The notes beneath the pieces are model-generated. The model saw nothing but the letters and a program-made list of their open reading frames with translations, was not told where the DNA came from and did not search any database. A program made the position numbers and the translations under genes. DNA of 64,000 nt. It comes from Candidatus Tanganyikabacteria bacterium (GTDB lineage: Bacteria > Cyanobacteriota > Sericytochromatia > S15B-MN24 > VGJW01). Numbering within the stretch: position 1 is the first letter of the stretch; every line of letters begins with the position of its first letter. Shown piece by piece: positions 30,752-40,126 of the stretch. The stretch spans positions 35,525 to 99,524 of the forward strand of contig VGJW01000010.1 of the NCBI GenBank assembly GCA_016867265.1. Reading direction: 5' to 3'.

Positions 30752-31546
30752 TTGGTTCAGCTGCCGCTCTCGCGACTTTTCCCTGATTCAATGCCTAACC
30801 GCACCTTCCCTTCCAAGACTGGCAGCGTACGCCCCAGCCATCTGCGGGTGGTTTCCGGCACCGCTGGCCTGCTTGGTCGGCGGTCTTGGGAAGATCGGCT
30901 CGCCTCGATGGGTGTGGCGCGGCACCCGTCCCTCGTGGGTGCCGGGGGCGTCGTCAAGCGCTTGCTCGACATCTTGGGTGCCGTCGTCGGTTTGGCCGTG
31001 ATGTTGCCGGTCTTTGCGGTGGTGTCCTTGGCGATTCGGTGGGATTCACCGGGCCCGGTGTTCTTCACGCAGGAGCGTGTGGGTTGGAACGGCCGCCGGT
31101 TCCGGATTCTGAAGTTCCGCACCATGGTCGTCGATGCCGAGGCAATGCGTGCTGCGCTCGCGTCCCGCAACGAGATTGCGGACGGGCCCATCTTCAAGAT
31201 GAAGGAAGATCCCCGGGTGACGCGCGTAGGGCTTTTTCTGCGCCGGTCCAGCCTCGACGAGTTCCCCCAGCTATTCAATATTCTGGCCGGGGACATGTCG
31301 CTCGTGGGTCCGCGTCCTCCCTTGCCCTCCGAGGTCGACGACTACGCCGACCGGGATCTGGAGCGCCTTCGGGTGATGCCGGGCGCCACCGGGACCTGGC
31401 AGGTCTCGGACCGCCGGGGCGGGACGAGTTTCCGCGAGATGGTGGACCTCGACTTGCAGTACGCGGCGACGTGGTCGCTGCTGCTCGACGTGTCCATTCT
31501 CTTGCGGACCGTGCTGCTGGTGCTTCGCCTGCAGGGATCGCGTTGA
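30752..31546 (+). CDS. polyprenyl-phosphate sugar phosphotransferase (bacterial sugar transferase, WbaP/WcaJ C-terminal domain type)
   Basis: PGPVFFTQERVGWNGRRFRILKFRTM...DEFPQLFNILAGDMSLVGPRPPLPSEV; re-entrant helix LLDILGAVVGLAVMLPVFAVVSLAI; start uncertain (in-frame ATGs at 30791 and 30908 are alternatives). Confidence 0.8.
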   Translation: MVQLPLSRLFPDSMPNRTFPSKTGSVRPSHLRVVSGTAGLLGRRSWEDRLASMGVARHPSLVGAGGVVKRLLDILGAVVGLAVMLPVFAVVSLAIRWDSPGPVFFTQERVGWNGRRFRILKFRTMVVDAEAMRAALASRNEIADGPIFKMKEDPRVTRVGLFLRRSSLDEFPQLFNILAGDMSLVGPRPPLPSEVDDYADRDLERLRVMPGATGTWQVSDRRGGTSFREMVDLDLQYAATWSLLLDVSILLRTVLLVLRLQGSR

Positions 31547-31651
31547 CGCTGCCCGCGCGTGCGGGCTACGATGAGCAATTGCACCTGTTCTCAGTTTCAG
31601 GGTCGCCGCGCCACGTCTGGCGGTCGGGCAATCCCCTGCAGGAGGCCTGAG

Positions 31652-32872
31652 TTGGGCACCCCAAGACGTCGACTGTTCACATCGGAGTCCGTGACCGAGG
31701 GTCACCCGGACAAACTGTGCGACCAAATCTCGGATACCGTGCTCGACGCGGTACTTGCCCAGGACCCCTTGGGGCGTGTCGCTTGCGAAACGGTGGCCAA
31801 CACCGGCTTCATCCTGGTCACGGGCGAGATCTCGACCCAGGCCCAACTCGACATCCCGTCGCTCGTTCGCAAGGTCCTGCGCGATGTTGGCTACACGGAC
31901 GCGCGTTACGGGATTGATGCGGCCTCGTGTGCCGTTCTGGTTGCGCTCGACCAGCAGTCGCCCGACATCGCGGCAGCCGTCGATCGGTCTTGGGAGGTCC
32001 GGGGCGGCCTGTCCGAGCGAGAGCGGGACGCTGCGATCGACGCCATCGGCGCCGGCGATCAGGGCTTGGTCTTCGGTTATGCGTGCGACGAGACGCCCGA
32101 CGGCATGCCGTTGCCCATCGACCTGGCCCATCGTCTGGCGATGCGCCTGACCGAGGTGCGCAAGTCGGGCTTGCTGCCGTGGCTGCGCCCGGACGGCAAG
32201 ACGCAAGTCACGTTGGCCTATGAGGGCGACCGTCCGGTGGCCGTCGATACCATTCTGCTTTCGACGCAGCATGACGAGGGCGTGACGCTGGGCGAGATCG
32301 AGGAGGCCGTGCGTACGCACGTCATCGCGCCCGTCGTGTCGGGTGATCTGATGACGGGAGAGACGCGCATCCTCGTCAATCCCTCCGGGCGTTTCGTCAC
32401 GGGCGGTCCCCAGGGCGATGCCGGCCTGACGGGGCGCAAGATCATCGTCGATACCTATGGCGGCTACGCCCGCCATGGGGGTGGGGCGTTCTCGGGCAAG
32501 GATCCCACCAAGGTCGATCGCTCCGGCGCTTACGCCGCGCGCCATGTGGCGCGCCATGTCGTGGCGGCGGGCCTCGCGCGCCGTTGCGAGATTCAGGTCA
32601 GCTACGCCATCGGCAAGGCGCGTCCGGTCTCGGTTTCTGTCGAGACCTTCGGGACAGCCGTCGTGGACGAGGCGCTCATCGAGCGGGCCGTGGCCGAGGT
32701 CTTCGACCTCCGTCCTGCCGGCATCATTCGTGCCTTTGACCTCAGGCGACCCCTCTATCGCCCGACGGCGACCTACGGCCACTTCGGGGATCGTCCCGGC
32801 GACAGGCCTTGGGAGCGGCTGGATTGCCTTGAGGTCCTCAAGGCCAGCGTGTCCGGGGTGGTGTCGGCTTGA
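31652..32872 (+). CDS. metK: S-adenosylmethionine synthetase
   Basis: TTG 6 nt after GGAGG; [26 protein letters not shown] is the invariant MetK N-terminus; 406 aa; track ORF extends upstream. Confidence 0.9.
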   Translation: MGTPRRRLFTSESVTEGHPDKLCDQISDTVLDAVLAQDPLGRVACETVANTGFILVTGEISTQAQLDIPSLVRKVLRDVGYTDARYGIDAASCAVLVALDQQSPDIAAAVDRSWEVRGGLSERERDAAIDAIGAGDQGLVFGYACDETPDGMPLPIDLAHRLAMRLTEVRKSGLLPWLRPDGKTQVTLAYEGDRPVAVDTILLSTQHDEGVTLGEIEEAVRTHVIAPVVSGDLMTGETRILVNPSGRFVTGGPQGDAGLTGRKIIVDTYGGYARHGGGAFSGKDPTKVDRSGAYAARHVARHVVAAGLARRCEIQVSYAIGKARPVSVSVETFGTAVVDEALIERAVAEVFDLRPAGIIRAFDLRRPLYRPTATYGHFGDRPGDRPWERLDCLEVLKASVSGVVSA

Positions 32873-35226
32873 GCTGGCGCTGGCCTGCGGCTTGCCTGAT
32901 GGCGCTGTCGGTCGCCATGCCCTCCTGGGCGGTCGAGGACGCGGTCCTGCGTGGCCCGGCGGTGGCGGGGCCAGGTCTTCAGCCCGTTGTCGCACCGGCG
33001 AACGTCGTCGGGCCAGCGCCTGCGCCTGTTCCCACCCCCGAGGCGACGCCCGAGCCTCTGTCGCCGGTCGAGCGCTACATGTCGCAGGGCATGGACAGGC
33101 CTCTGCGTCAGTACGGCTTCCGTGCCCTGGCCCAGCCGGCGTCGTCCGGTGTCGTCAGCGAGGCCGATGTGCCCGAAGATTACCCCTTGGGCCCCGGCGA
33201 CCAGATCATCCTTGACGTGCCCATGCTGGCGGCGCCGCTCGACTCCGTCATTGCCAGAGATGGTTCGGTGTTCCTGCCGGGATCTGGGCCCGTGGTTTTG
33301 GCTGGGCTGACGATGCAGGCGGCCGAGCAGGCGCTGCGCAAGCGCGCTCGTGGTGCGGCCATCAAGCTGCGACTCGGTCGACTGCGGCAGATCTCCGTCG
33401 TGCTGGCGGGGCGCGTGCAACAGCCCGGCCTGCATGCGGTGCCGGCCGTGACGTCGATGCTGGGCCTGCTCCAGCGGGCCGGCGGCGTCCAGAAGGCCGG
33501 CTCGTTGCGGCGCATCCAGATCCAGCGCAGCGGGCGCAAGGTGGCGACGGTCGACCTCTATGGGCTCTTGCTGGAGGGCCTGGGGGCCGATGTGCGCCTG
33601 TTGCCCGGTGACACCGTCTTCGTGCCCGAGTCCGGGCCGACGGTCGCGGTGGCCGGTGAGGTGCGGGAGCCGGCCATCTACGAGATGCTGCCGGGCGAGA
33701 CGCTCGGCAGGGCGCTGGCCCTCGCGGGTGGTGCCTTGCCCGGGGGCTTCCTGCCCGGAGTTTCGCTGCTGCGCTCCGGTCGTGGGGACGGCCGCGAGGT
33801 CAGGACCCTGGATCTCACGCGTGATGCCGACCGTTCCATGCCGGCCCGCGATGGCGATGTCGTCGTGGTTCAGGCCAGTGCGACCGAACTTGCCAACGGC
33901 GTGGACCTGCGCGGCCATGTCTACCGGCCCGGCCCGCGGGCGTGGACGTCGGGCATGCGCGCCTCCGAGGTCCTGGGTGCGCCCGGCCTGCTCAAGCCTG
34001 ACGCCTGGTTGGGCCATGCCCTCGTCGAACGTGAGCGGGGACGCGATCGCCACCGTGAAGTGCTGTCGTTCGACCTGGGCAAGGCGCTCGAGCGGGATCC
34101 GGCACACGATGTGGTGCTCGAGGCCCGGGACGTCCTGACGGTCTATCCCCGTGAGGCCTTCGAGCGCGAGCCTCAGGCCACCGTCGCCGGTGCCGTGCTG
34201 CGGCCGGGCACCTACAGGGTTTATCCGGGCATGCGGATGTCGCAGCTCATCGAGGCCGCGGGTGGCCTCGCGCCAGAGGCCGACCAGCTCGCGGCCGAGC
34301 TGACGCGTCGACGCGTCGAGGGTAATGGCCTCGTCAGCGAGCGTGTCACGGTGCGGCCCGGCCTCGCGGTTTCGCGCAGGGGCACCGAGGTCGACGTGCC
34401 CGTCCTGCGGGACGATGCCTTGCGCATCAAGCAGGTCGAGAACTTCCGCGGTCTGCGCAACGTGGTGGTTCGGGGTGAGGTCGCTCAGCCGGGCGCTTAC
34501 ACCCTGCTCGAGGGGGATACTTTGGCGTCTCTGATCGAACGGGCCGGGGGCTACCGCAGCCGGGCGTTCCTGCCCGGCGCGGTCTTCACGCGCGAGATGG
34601 TCCGCAAGGTGCAACGGACGCAGTTGGACAACCTCACGCGCAAGCTCGAGGCCGAGTTGGCCGCAGAGGCCGGCAAGGCCGCATCGAGCGGCCAGTCGGC
34701 AGTGGCGGCGCAGGCGGCCAAGCAGGCCCTGGTCGCGGCCCTTCGGGCCCAGGACGTCTCGGGGCGCGTCGTCGTAAAGCTCGACGACCCCGGCAAGATG
34801 CGCAGTGAGGGCAATGACCTGCTGCTCGAGGATGGCGACGAGCTGGTCGTGCCGCTACCGAACGAGACGATGACCGTCATTGGTGCCGTCTATACGCCGT
34901 CGGCCGTCACCTACAGGCCCGGCGTGCCCGTGCGTGAGTTGCTGCGGATTGCCGGCGGCGCCACGGCGATGGCCGACCTCGACAACATGTATGCCGTGCG
35001 GGCCGATGGCCGGGTGCACGCCCTGCCCACCTATCGCGAGGGCTGGTTCCTGCTGTCGCGTGGCCTGATGGATTCCGAGGTCGGCCCCGGCGATACGCTG
35101 GTGCTGCCCGAGCGCATCGAGCTCAGGGATCCGCTGACGATCTGGACCCAGGTGGCCCAGATTGTCGGCCAGAGCCTGAACTCGGCTGCGGTCCTCTACG
35201 GCATCCTGCGCAACACCGGCAACTAG
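32869..35226 (+). CDS. periplasmic polysaccharide export protein (Wza/KpsD-like, Poly_export + multiple SLBB domains)
   Basis: Signal peptide; [12 protein letters not shown]... Poly_export motif; repeated LxPGDxVxVP SLBB-like units; 785 aa. Confidence 0.8.
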   Translation: MSWRWPAACLMALSVAMPSWAVEDAVLRGPAVAGPGLQPVVAPANVVGPAPAPVPTPEATPEPLSPVERYMSQGMDRPLRQYGFRALAQPASSGVVSEADVPEDYPLGPGDQIILDVPMLAAPLDSVIARDGSVFLPGSGPVVLAGLTMQAAEQALRKRARGAAIKLRLGRLRQISVVLAGRVQQPGLHAVPAVTSMLGLLQRAGGVQKAGSLRRIQIQRSGRKVATVDLYGLLLEGLGADVRLLPGDTVFVPESGPTVAVAGEVREPAIYEMLPGETLGRALALAGGALPGGFLPGVSLLRSGRGDGREVRTLDLTRDADRSMPARDGDVVVVQASATELANGVDLRGHVYRPGPRAWTSGMRASEVLGAPGLLKPDAWLGHALVERERGRDRHREVLSFDLGKALERDPAHDVVLEARDVLTVYPREAFEREPQATVAGAVLRPGTYRVYPGMRMSQLIEAAGGLAPEADQLAAELTRRRVEGNGLVSERVTVRPGLAVSRRGTEVDVPVLRDDALRIKQVENFRGLRNVVVRGEVAQPGAYTLLEGDTLASLIERAGGYRSRAFLPGAVFTREMVRKVQRTQLDNLTRKLEAELAAEAGKAASSGQSAVAAQAAKQALVAALRAQDVSGRVVVKLDDPGKMRSEGNDLLLEDGDELVVPLPNETMTVIGAVYTPSAVTYRPGVPVRELLRIAGGATAMADLDNMYAVRADGRVHALPTYREGWFLLSRGLMDSEVGPGDTLVLPERIELRDPLTIWTQVAQIVGQSLNSAAVLYGILRNTGN

Positions 35227-36314
35227 TCCGGCGCGTCGAGGCGCTCCCGTAGCCACGCCGCGGCCATCCGCTGGCGCACGTCGCCGAGGCCCGGTGCCGG
35301 CGCGAACCCGTTGGCGGCCAAGTACCCCGTTGCCGCGTAGGTGTAGGTGAACATGCCTGGCCAGCGCACGCGGACCGGGCGCGGGGCGTCGGCCGGGCGG
35401 GGACCCATATCCAGACCGATGCCCAGCGTCAGGCTGGTCCCGTGCTGGTCTGATCGCGCAGCGGCGGCCTCGATCCAGCCTCGCGCGAAGGTCCGTCGGA
35501 CCGCCCCGAAAGGTGCGCTGTCCCCCAGGGGAAAGCGGCCCCACCCTGCCTTGAGCGTCAGGCCCGTGCCAGGCAGATAGGTTTCGCCCCAGGCCCGCAG
35601 CTCTTGCCGGCGTCCGGCAAGCAGCTCTTGCCCGACGCGCCCCCGCAGCGCAAGGACGCCGCCCCACGCATCCCATCCGGCTTCGACCCCGGCGTGGGGT
35701 TGCCAGGTGTCGCCCAGCACGCCGGCGGGCCCGCCGCTCGCCAGCCACGCGACGACCAGCCATGGCCCGAGATCGCGTTTCTGCCAGCCCAGAAGGCCTC
35801 GGATCGGGTCCGGCGGGCTGCCATCCAGCGGCACCTGAGCGCGCCCTTCGATCCATGTGCCCGGGGCGATGGGGACCGTGCCCTCGACGCGCAACAGGGG
35901 CGTGACGACGTAGGGATTGAAGCGGACCGTCGGGTGGACGGACAGGTCCGGGCGCCACCACGGCTGGCCGTCATGCGGCGCGGCTGCCGGTGGCTCGAGG
36001 GGGCCCAGGATGTGCCACGAGGCACCTTGCCCGTATCGGCGGGACGCGCGCCACGATCCCGCCGTCGTCGAGACGGCGCAGGGGACCTGACCCAAGAGCA
36101 TGGGCGCCAGCACCCACGTCGCCTCGTCGGGGAGCGTCCGGTCCAGCACGTCCGCGACTTCCGCAAGGGCCTGGCGGGGATCGGCGTGGCGGCGGTCCAT
36201 CCAGGCCACGAGCCAGCGCGTCCCGTCGACCTGGATCCGGACATCCTCATAGCCCAGGGCGAGCAGCCTGTCCTGCAGGACGACCGCCTGCGGGACGGGG
36301 ACATCCATCGGCAT
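35223..36314 (-). CDS. hypothetical Trp/Gly-rich protein, possibly outer-membrane (exopolysaccharide-associated)
   Basis: Chosen among three overlapping frames because the alternatives are Arg/Ser-rich nonsense; convergent 4-nt overlap with wza-like gene. Confidence 0.35.
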   Translation of the reverse strand: MPMDVPVPQAVVLQDRLLALGYEDVRIQVDGTRWLVAWMDRRHADPRQALAEVADVLDRTLPDEATWVLAPMLLGQVPCAVSTTAGSWRASRRYGQGASWHILGPLEPPAAAPHDGQPWWRPDLSVHPTVRFNPYVVTPLLRVEGTVPIAPGTWIEGRAQVPLDGSPPDPIRGLLGWQKRDLGPWLVVAWLASGGPAGVLGDTWQPHAGVEAGWDAWGGVLALRGRVGQELLAGRRQELRAWGETYLPGTGLTLKAGWGRFPLGDSAPFGAVRRTFARGWIEAAAARSDQHGTSLTLGIGLDMGPRPADAPRPVRVRWPGMFTYTYAATGYLAANGFAPAPGLGDVRQRMAAAWLRERLDAPD

Positions 36315-36342
36315 GGGATGGGCGATGCTACCATGGCCCCCG

Positions 36343-37317
36343 ATGACAGGTGACGGGCTTCTTGCGGTGTGGGGCGAAGGTGCGGTGGCGGTCCTCGGCT
36401 ACGGGGCCCAAGGCAGGGCCCATGCCCTCAACCTGAGGGACAGTGGTGCCGCGGTACGGGTCGGGTTGCACGCGGGGGCTCGTCGGGCCGAACTGGCCCG
36501 GGACGATGGCTTCGTGCCGGGCGACGTCCGAGAGGCCGTCCAGAGTGCCTCGATGGTGGCCTTGATGGTGCCGGACGAAGTCATCCCTGCCGTGCTCGCT
36601 CAGGTTTCGGACCTGCTCGAGCCCGGCGTGGCCGTCGTGCTGGCCCATGGCTATGCCTACCGCTATGCCTCCGGGGCATGGCGCGGGGATCTCGATGCGC
36701 TGCTCGTGGCGCCGATGGGTCAGGGCCGGGCAGTGCGTGATGCCTACGTGGCGGGCGGTGGCATCCCGGCTTTCCTTGCCGTCCACCATGACGCCACCGG
36801 CAGGGCGCGACCGCGTGCCGAGGCCTATGCCCGCGCCCTGGGGGCCCATCGGGCGGGGCTGCACTGGGGCACTGTCGCCCAAGAGACCGAGGTCGACCTG
36901 TTCGCGGAGCAGGCCGTGTTGGTCGGTGGCGTCGAGACGCTCGTGCGCGAGGCCTTCTCGGTGCTGGTCGAGGCCGGCTATCCCGAAGACGTGGCTTACT
37001 TCTCGTGCCTGCATGAGCTGAAGCTGGTCGTCGACCTGTTGCACGAGGGGGGCCTGGGCGGCATGGCCCGGCAGATCAGCAACACGGCCGAATTCGGTGC
37101 GCTAAGGGCGCGGGAGCAGTATGCCCGTGCGCCCGTTCGCGAGGCCATGGAGCGCCTGTTGGCCGAGATTCGCGACGGTACCTTTGCCTCGGCGTGGTCG
37201 GCCGAGGCTGCAGCGGGCATGCCCCTGCTGGCGGCCGCGCGCGAGGCGACCGCGTCAGCGCCCCTGGAGCGGGTCGGCGAGGCCTTGCGGGTCCGATTGG
37301 CCCGGAACCGGGTGTGA
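36343..37317 (+). CDS. ilvC: ketol-acid reductoisomerase (class I), divergent
   Basis: VLGYGAQGRAHALNLRDSG, MVPDE, VLAHGYAY...LLVAPMGQGRAVR, ETEVDLFAEQAVLVGG, SNTAEFG all align with KARI motifs; isolated from other ilv genes. Confidence 0.75.
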   Translation: MTGDGLLAVWGEGAVAVLGYGAQGRAHALNLRDSGAAVRVGLHAGARRAELARDDGFVPGDVREAVQSASMVALMVPDEVIPAVLAQVSDLLEPGVAVVLAHGYAYRYASGAWRGDLDALLVAPMGQGRAVRDAYVAGGGIPAFLAVHHDATGRARPRAEAYARALGAHRAGLHWGTVAQETEVDLFAEQAVLVGGVETLVREAFSVLVEAGYPEDVAYFSCLHELKLVVDLLHEGGLGGMARQISNTAEFGALRAREQYARAPVREAMERLLAEIRDGTFASAWSAEAAAGMPLLAAAREATASAPLERVGEALRVRLARNRV

Positions 37318-37337
37318 ACGTTCCCGACCAGGACGGG

Positions 37338-38012
37338 ATGGCCTTGGCGGGTTGGACAGGCTTGCTGCGCGTGCCGACGGCCGAGGTCCGCCCGGATCTC
37401 GCCCTTGGGCTGGCCTGGCAAGAGGGCTCCGATCCGCCGCTGCGCTACGCCGTGACCCAGCGGGTCAATCGACATCTGGTGCTTTGCGTGCCCCTGTGGT
37501 CGTGGCTCGAGGTCGGGATCGGGATGTTGCAGGTGCCGGGCTGGATAGATCCCCTCGTGCCGGCACTCCCCGCAGGGGCTGTCCATCGGACCAGCCACCT
37601 CAAGCTGCGCGCGCCTTGGTCGCCGGGAGGCTGGAGCCTGGCAGTGGGCGTCTTCGATCCGCTGTCGGCCAACGGCCTCGTCGGCCTCGACGGCACGCGC
37701 TACGGCATGGGCACGGCTTATGCGGTGGGCACGCGCGTGCTCGGGGCGACGCGGCTGACATTGGGATGGGCCACGGGCGACCCGTGGCGTCCGGGCCAGG
37801 CTGCGGCCCCGTGGTGGCCGGGACCCATGGCCGGACTCGAACATGCAGTCGCCTTGCCCCTCGGTTTGCCCGATGTGCGCCTGCTCGCTGACTGGAACGG
37901 CAGGTCCGCCTGGGCTGGCTTGCGCTGGTCGCCCGCCAGCAGCGTGACGTTGCAGGTCGGTGGCGGTGACGGCGTCGTCTCGGCATCGTGCGTCGGACGG
38001 ACGCCCCTCTAG
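37338..38012 (+). CDS. hypothetical Trp/Gly-rich protein (putative beta-rich secreted/OM protein)
   Basis: ATG 37338 (GTG 37314 alternative) just after ilvC stop; no domain recognised. Confidence 0.35.
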   Translation: MALAGWTGLLRVPTAEVRPDLALGLAWQEGSDPPLRYAVTQRVNRHLVLCVPLWSWLEVGIGMLQVPGWIDPLVPALPAGAVHRTSHLKLRAPWSPGGWSLAVGVFDPLSANGLVGLDGTRYGMGTAYAVGTRVLGATRLTLGWATGDPWRPGQAAAPWWPGPMAGLEHAVALPLGLPDVRLLADWNGRSAWAGLRWSPASSVTLQVGGGDGVVSASCVGRTPL

Positions 38013-38052
38013 CCCCGGTTTACCGACCCGGAGGGCAGGGAACGGATCGCCC

Positions 38053-39000
38053 ATGCAGTCCTCCGCCGCAGGCACGTCCTCGACTTCTTCTCCCCGTCGT
38101 GTCCTGGAGGCCCTGAGGCCCGCTGTCGTGGGCCACGACGAGGCACTGGCCCATGTCGTGGCGGCCCTGCTTGCCGGGGGGCACATCCTGCTCGAGGACG
38201 TGCCCGGCGTCGGCAAGACCTTGATTGCCCGGACCCTGGCCCAGGTCGTAGGCGGTGAGTTCAAGCGTGTCCAGTCCAGCCCGGACCTGATGCCGTCGGA
38301 CATCACGGGCACGCATGTCTTCCAGCCGGCCGAAGGCACCTTCCGGTTCATGCCGGGGCCCGTCTTCGCGAACATTCTCCTGGCCGACGAGATCAACCGC
38401 GCCTCCCCGAGGACCCAGGCCGCCCTGCTCGAGGCCATGGAGGAGGGGGCCGTCACCGTCGATGGCGTCCGGCATCCCCTGCCGCGACCGTTCCTGGTGG
38501 TCGCGACGCAGAACCCCGTCGAGTTCCAGGGCACCTTTCCCCTGCCGGAGGCCCAGCTCGATCGCTTTGCGCTCAGCTTGACGCTGGGCTATCCCGCGCC
38601 CGAGGACGAGGTGCGCCTGTTGTCCGGCGTCTGGGCGCGCCAGGAGCAGCCGACACTGGCCGAGCCCGTGGGCCTCGAGACCCTGTTGGGCTGGCAGGAA
38701 CAGGTCCGGGCGGTTCATATCGATCCGTCGTTGCAGACGTATGTCGTCCGGGTGCTGGGTGCCACGCGCGACCACCCCAGGGTCCTGCTGGGCGTCAGCC
38801 CCCGGGGCGGCCTCGTGTGGCAAAGGCTGGCACAGGCCAGGGCCTTGCTTGAAGGCCGTGACCACGTCGTGCCGGGCGACCTAACGACCATGGCGCCGCT
38901 TTGCCTGAACCACCGGCTGGTGCTTTCGGGGCGCTCCGGCCGCGCCGTGCGTCAGGAGGTTCTGGACGACCTGCTGACGGCCGTGGCGGTACCGCTCTGA
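38053..39000 (+). CDS. MoxR-family AAA+ ATPase
   Basis: ALLAGGHILLEDVPGVGKTLIARTLA Walker A, LLADEINRASPRTQAALLEAMEE Walker B/sensor; start taken at the Met 15-20 aa before the conserved core. Confidence 0.85.
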   Translation: MQSSAAGTSSTSSPRRVLEALRPAVVGHDEALAHVVAALLAGGHILLEDVPGVGKTLIARTLAQVVGGEFKRVQSSPDLMPSDITGTHVFQPAEGTFRFMPGPVFANILLADEINRASPRTQAALLEAMEEGAVTVDGVRHPLPRPFLVVATQNPVEFQGTFPLPEAQLDRFALSLTLGYPAPEDEVRLLSGVWARQEQPTLAEPVGLETLLGWQEQVRAVHIDPSLQTYVVRVLGATRDHPRVLLGVSPRGGLVWQRLAQARALLEGRDHVVPGDLTTMAPLCLNHRLVLSGRSGRAVRQEVLDDLLTAVAVPL

Positions 39001-39019
39001 GCCGCAGCAGGGCATCCCG

Positions 39020-40126
39020 GTGACGGCGCGCGCCCTCGTCCTTGCCTTGGTGGCCCTCGCCACCCTCTTGTCGGCCGTCAATGTCCAGGCCGGATGGCTC
39101 TTCGTGCTGGGCGGGTTGTTCCTGGGGTCGCTCGTGCTCTCGCTGGCCGGAAGCCTCTGGGCGCTGAGCGGGGTGCGGGCCGACGTTCTCCATGAGGGCC
39201 GCGCCATGCGGGGAGGGGCCCTGACCTGCCAGGTGCGCCTGCGCCATCCGGGGCGCTGGCCGCGATGGTTCCTGGCCGTGGGGGGGCCGCCGGTCGGCCC
39301 CGTCGTCCGTGGGCCCGGGTTTCTCTTCAGGGTTCGGCCGCTGACCTGGTCCTGCGTGCTCCTGCCCGAGCTGCCCCCGCGTGGCGAGGCCACGGTCGAA
39401 CTGGCTCTGCCCGCACCGCGGCGCGGCCTTCATGATCCCCCCGCCGTATGGGTCCAGGCCTCCGTGCTGGGCTTCATGTTCTGGCGCCGCAAGGCCGTAT
39501 CCGTCCTGCCCGTCCGCGTCGTGCCCCGGATTCATCCCCTGCGCCGCCTGCCGTGGTTCCGGGCTGCCGGCGCAACGGGGGACGACCATCCGCAGGCCCG
39601 CACCGTGCCCGAGGGTGAGCTCGTCCGCGGGACCCGGGACTACCGGCCCGGCGATCCCCTCCGGGCCATCCACTGGCGAGGCACGGCCCGGCGCAATCGA
39701 TTGGTGGTCAAGGAGACAGAGGGCCTCGCGCCTTCGGGTGGGGCCTGCCTGATTCTGGACCTCGCGGGCCACGAGGCCGACACCTTCGAGCATGCGCTCG
39801 AGGTCGCGGCCTCGTTGCTGGCGCATTGGAACGCCCAGGGCATCTTCACCCGGCTGCTTCTGCCCGAGGGCATCCTCGAGGGAGACCTTTTCGACCTGCT
39901 CGACAGGCTGGCCGAACTCGAGCCCGGGGATGCCTCGCTGGCACCGATGCTCAGCCGGATCGACCCTGCCGGTGTCGTCGTCGTGGCGCGTCGTGCCGCG
40001 GGGTGGGGGGCGCTGGCCTCGGCCTGGGTCCATGTGGGGCGCGCGGACGAGAGCGTCCCGGCGGGGGCCGTGGGGTGTCCCGTCGGATCAGACCCGGGCC
40101 AGGCCTTGGCGGAGCTGCGCGGATGA
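39020..40126 (+). CDS. DUF58 family protein (MoxR partner, VWA-like)
   Basis: RDYRPGDPLRAIHWRGTARRNRLVVKE is the DUF58 hallmark; follows moxR. Confidence 0.8.
   Translation: MTARALVLALVALATLLSAVNVQAGWLFVLGGLFLGSLVLSLAGSLWALSGVRADVLHEGRAMRGGALTCQVRLRHPGRWPRWFLAVGGPPVGPVVRGPGFLFRVRPLTWSCVLLPELPPRGEATVELALPAPRRGLHDPPAVWVQASVLGFMFWRRKAVSVLPVRVVPRIHPLRRLPWFRAAGATGDDHPQARTVPEGELVRGTRDYRPGDPLRAIHWRGTARRNRLVVKETEGLAPSGGACLILDLAGHEADTFEHALEVAASLLAHWNAQGIFTRLLLPEGILEGDLFDLLDRLAELEPGDASLAPMLSRIDPAGVVVVARRAAGWGALASAWVHVGRADESVPAGAVGCPVGSDPGQALAELRG

Noticed and set aside
31271-32995. 574-aa minus-strand ORF
   Set aside because: Antisense to metK (invariant GHPDK N-terminus on plus strand).
32773-34614. 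613-aa minus-strand ORF
   Set aside because: Antisense to the Wza-like export gene.
35558-36353. Alternative frames (258-aa minus, 249-aa plus) in the 35.2-36.3 kb interval
   Set aside because: Arg/Ser/Cys-rich nonsense-like translations; the Trp/Gly-rich minus frame 35223..36314 was preferred, itself with low confidence.
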